A DNA stretch of 64,000 nucleotides. It comes from Malacoraja senta. Taxonomy: Eukaryota. The position numbers and the translations under genes are program-made. This document shows, piece after piece, positions 61,090 to 64,000 of the stretch. Location of the stretch: NCBI GenBank assembly GCA_038087875.1, contig CM075992.1:9984001-10048000 (forward strand). The letters run 5' to 3'. Position 1 is the first letter of the stretch; every line of letters begins with the position of its first letter. The notes beneath the pieces are model-generated. The model worked only from the letters and a program-made list of their open reading frames with translations. It had not been told where the DNA came from and did no database searches.

Positions 61090-62627
61090 TATAGACAGGT
61101 GTGTGCCTTTCCAAATCATGTCCAATCAATTTAATTTACCACTGGTGGACTCCAATCAAGTTGCAGAAACTTCCCAAGGATAATCAATGGAAAAAATATG
61201 AATGCTTATGTAAATGTGATATTTCAGTTATTTCTTTTTAATTACTTTGCAAACATTTCTAAACACCTGTTTTTACTTGTGTGTAGATTGATGATAAAAA
61301 AATTTAATTTAATCCATTTTAAAATAAGGCAGTAACGTAACAAAATGTGGAAAAAGGGGTCTAAATACTTTCTGAATGCACTGTAATTGTTCCAATTTCC
61401 AGAATTGGCTCACATTAGTAAGCAGTCTTGAGATGGGTCCCCACCCTTTTTCTCCAGAGATGCTGCCCGACTTACCGAGCCATTCCAGCACCGCGTGTCT
61501 TGTTCATTCATCAACCAAGGCAGAGAGTGGTAGTGGAGCCATGAGTATGGAACCAGACAGTGGGAAAATGTCCTAAACTCTGGTGTATGGATCTTCCCTT
61601 TCCCACACAGTTCTCCTCCTTCCCGACCCATCCCCACTCCTCCCCCGTCCACTCCCGTATATCCTTCCCTTCCCAGCATTCTCTCCCAACTCCGCACGGC
61701 AGTTTTAGGAGAATGCTTTTCTAATTTGAAATGCATTTATCCTTTCTCCTATTACCTATTAACTCATCCGAAGAAAATCAATTGAAGTTCTGAAATGCTC
61801 CGTGTTCTGTTAATAATGTACTATTACGCTTCGTAATTTAGTTGCTTTAACTAGATTATTTTATTTGCACAAATTTCACTCAGAAGTAGTGATTTGAAAT
61901 ATGTGTTGAAATCTGTAAACTTTAATTATATCAGCTGAAGAATCACCCCTTAGAAAAATACCCAAAGTAGATTTGTACAGTTTTTACGGTCTTTTGGATG
62001 TGATGCACCTTATGTCTAAAACTGCCACATGCAATGACATTGCAGGTAGCTGATTGGAGTGGGACCCATGCATGATTCATTTGTGATGGCCATTTTAAGC
62101 TACTGATTCACAGGGGCTGTTAGACGATGTCTTCAAAGTTTAGTAGTTGCATTTCATAAATGGTAGGGAGCAGAATTAGGCCATTAAGCCCTTCAAGTCT
62201 ATTCAGTCATTCAATCACTGCTGATCTGTCTCTCCCCCCTAACCCCATTATCCTGCCTTCTCCCCATAACCTCTGACACCCGTACTAATCAAGAATCTAT
62301 CTATCTCTGCCTTAAAAATATCCATTGACTCAGCCTTCACAGCCTTCTGTGGCAATGAATTCCACATGCATTCCTGCAGTGAGCATTCATAAGAGCCATT
62401 TGTAAAACTAAACACTGCGAAAAAGAAATCTTAGACATTAATGTTGGTTTAACTTCAGGACCTCTATGCGTCTGCAAAGATCAGCATTTATTTCCCATCT
62501 CTACTTGCACATGACGTTAGGATTAAGCTACCTTCTTGAGCTGCTGCAGTCCTTTTGGTGAAGGTGCTTCCACAGTGCTATTGGGAATGGAGTTCCAGGA
62601 TTTAGACTCAACCATGATGAAAGACTG

Positions 62628-64000
62628 GTGTGCAAGGAGGAACGGCAAATGATGATTTAAACCAAAGACAGACACGAAAAGCTGGAGTAACGCAGCAGGT
62701 GAGGCACCCATCTCTGGAGAAAAGGAATAGCTGCCGTTTCGGGTTGAGACCGTTATTCAGACTGAAGCCAGTGGAAAGGGAAATAGATATAGACGATAAA
62801 TAGGATAAATGATTGGCAAAAAGCAACGGTAATCAAGGAAAGGTAGAGGCAACAAGAGTCCTTGTTGGATGTGGGATAGGTGATAATGAGTTATGCAAAC
62901 AGATTCGACAGGGTGACAGTAAAACTAGTACAACGAATAGGGTGAGGGGGGGATGGAGAGCAGATACAAGGGTTACTCGAAGTTAGAGAAATAATAATCA
63001 TACCGCTGGGTTGTAAGCTGCCCAAGCGAAGTATGAGGTGATCTTCCTCCAATTTGTATTTGGCCTCACTCTGACTATGGAGAAGGGCCAGGACAGAAAG
63101 GTCAGTGTGGGATTGGGAAGGGGAGTTAAACTGTTTGGCAACTGGGACATCACATAGGCCTAGGCAGACTGAGTGAAAGTGTTAAGCGAAACGATCGCAT
63201 AGTCTGCACTTGGTCTCGCCAATATATAAGAATCCACACATTGAACAACGGAAACAGAAGATGACGTTACAAGGAGGAGATGCAAGTGAACTTCCGCCTC
63301 ACCTGAAAGAAACATGGAAACATAGGTGCAGGAGTAGGCCATTCGGATCATTGAGCCAGCACAGCCATTCAATATAATCATGGCTGATCATCTAAAATCA
63401 GTACTGCTTTTTCCCCATATCCCTTTATTCCTTTAGCACAAAGAGCTAAATCTAACTAACTATTGGACACATCCAGTGATTGGCTCCCAATGCCTTCTGT
63501 GTTAGAGAATTCCACAGATGCACAACTCTGGGTGAAGAGGTTTTTCCTCATCTCAGTCCTAAATGGCCTTTTTCTTAAACTGATCCCTGGTTCTGGACTT
63601 CCCCCAACACCAGGTACATTTTTCCTGCATCTAGTCTGTCGAATCCTTTAGGAATTGTATGATCCCCTCTCATCCTTCTAAATTCCAGTGAATACAAGCT
63701 CAATTGACCCATTCTTTCATCATATGTCATTCCCGCCATCCCGGGAATTCAACCTACGCTGCACTCCCTCAATAGCAAGAAACCCTTCCTCAATTTAGGA
63801 GACCAAAATTGAACACAATACTCCAGGTGCGGTCTCACAAAGGCTCTGTACAACTGCTGTAGGATTTTGCTCCTAAACTTAAATCCTCTCGCAATGAAGG
63901 CTAACATGCCATTAGCTTTCTTCACTGCCTGCTGTACCTGCATGCTTAAAGGACCTGGATGGAGTCGAGGGAGGAGATATCGGGACAGGTGTTGCATCTC
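62628..64000 (-). mobile_element. Penelope fragment interrupted by a CR1 fragment (63305-63947)
   Basis: pLTR and GIY-YIG remnant at 62628-63305, resuming after 63947. CR1 RT C-terminus lies in between. Confidence 0.82.

Larger units (their letters stand above)
57671..61383 (-). mobile_element. Tc1-family transposon (IR/DR type) with two nested retroelements
   Basis: TA|CAGTGCATTCAGAAAGTATT…AATACTTTCTGAATGCACTG|TA. Transposase remnants on the - strand: VPKSTVASVILKWK and NPIEQLWRDLK…AKGASTKY. Confidence 0.92.

Overview
Vertebrate genomic DNA, very repeat-rich. The repeat set (HE1-type V-SINEs, HER1/CR1 LINEs, abundant Penelope elements) points to a cartilaginous fish, probably a skate or ray; this is inferred. 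The only host gene found is the 3' part of ZNF653 on the + strand. Five coding exons (4177-4261, 19022-19133, 32345-32459, 41194-41293, 54728-54905) splice in frame, encode five C2H2 zinc fingers and require a GC-AG intron. Most of the rest is nested transposable elements: CR1, Rex1/Babar, L1 and a divergent CR1/L2-group LINE, Penelope elements, tRNA-derived SINEs, two Tc1 elements, four PIF/Harbinger MITEs, non-autonomous Helitrons and a 1.4 kb solo LTR. Main highlights: about a dozen minimal hammerhead-ribozyme motifs in Penelope terminal repeats; a composite inverted-plus-tandem Helitron; a perfect 78-bp hairpin in apparently unique intron sequence; a long solo LTR with a 4-bp TSD; and a CpG-rich non-coding retroelement with a LINE-type tail. 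Exon and TSD coordinates were read directly. Repeat boundaries without a TSD are approximate, and family names come from motif recognition, not database searches.
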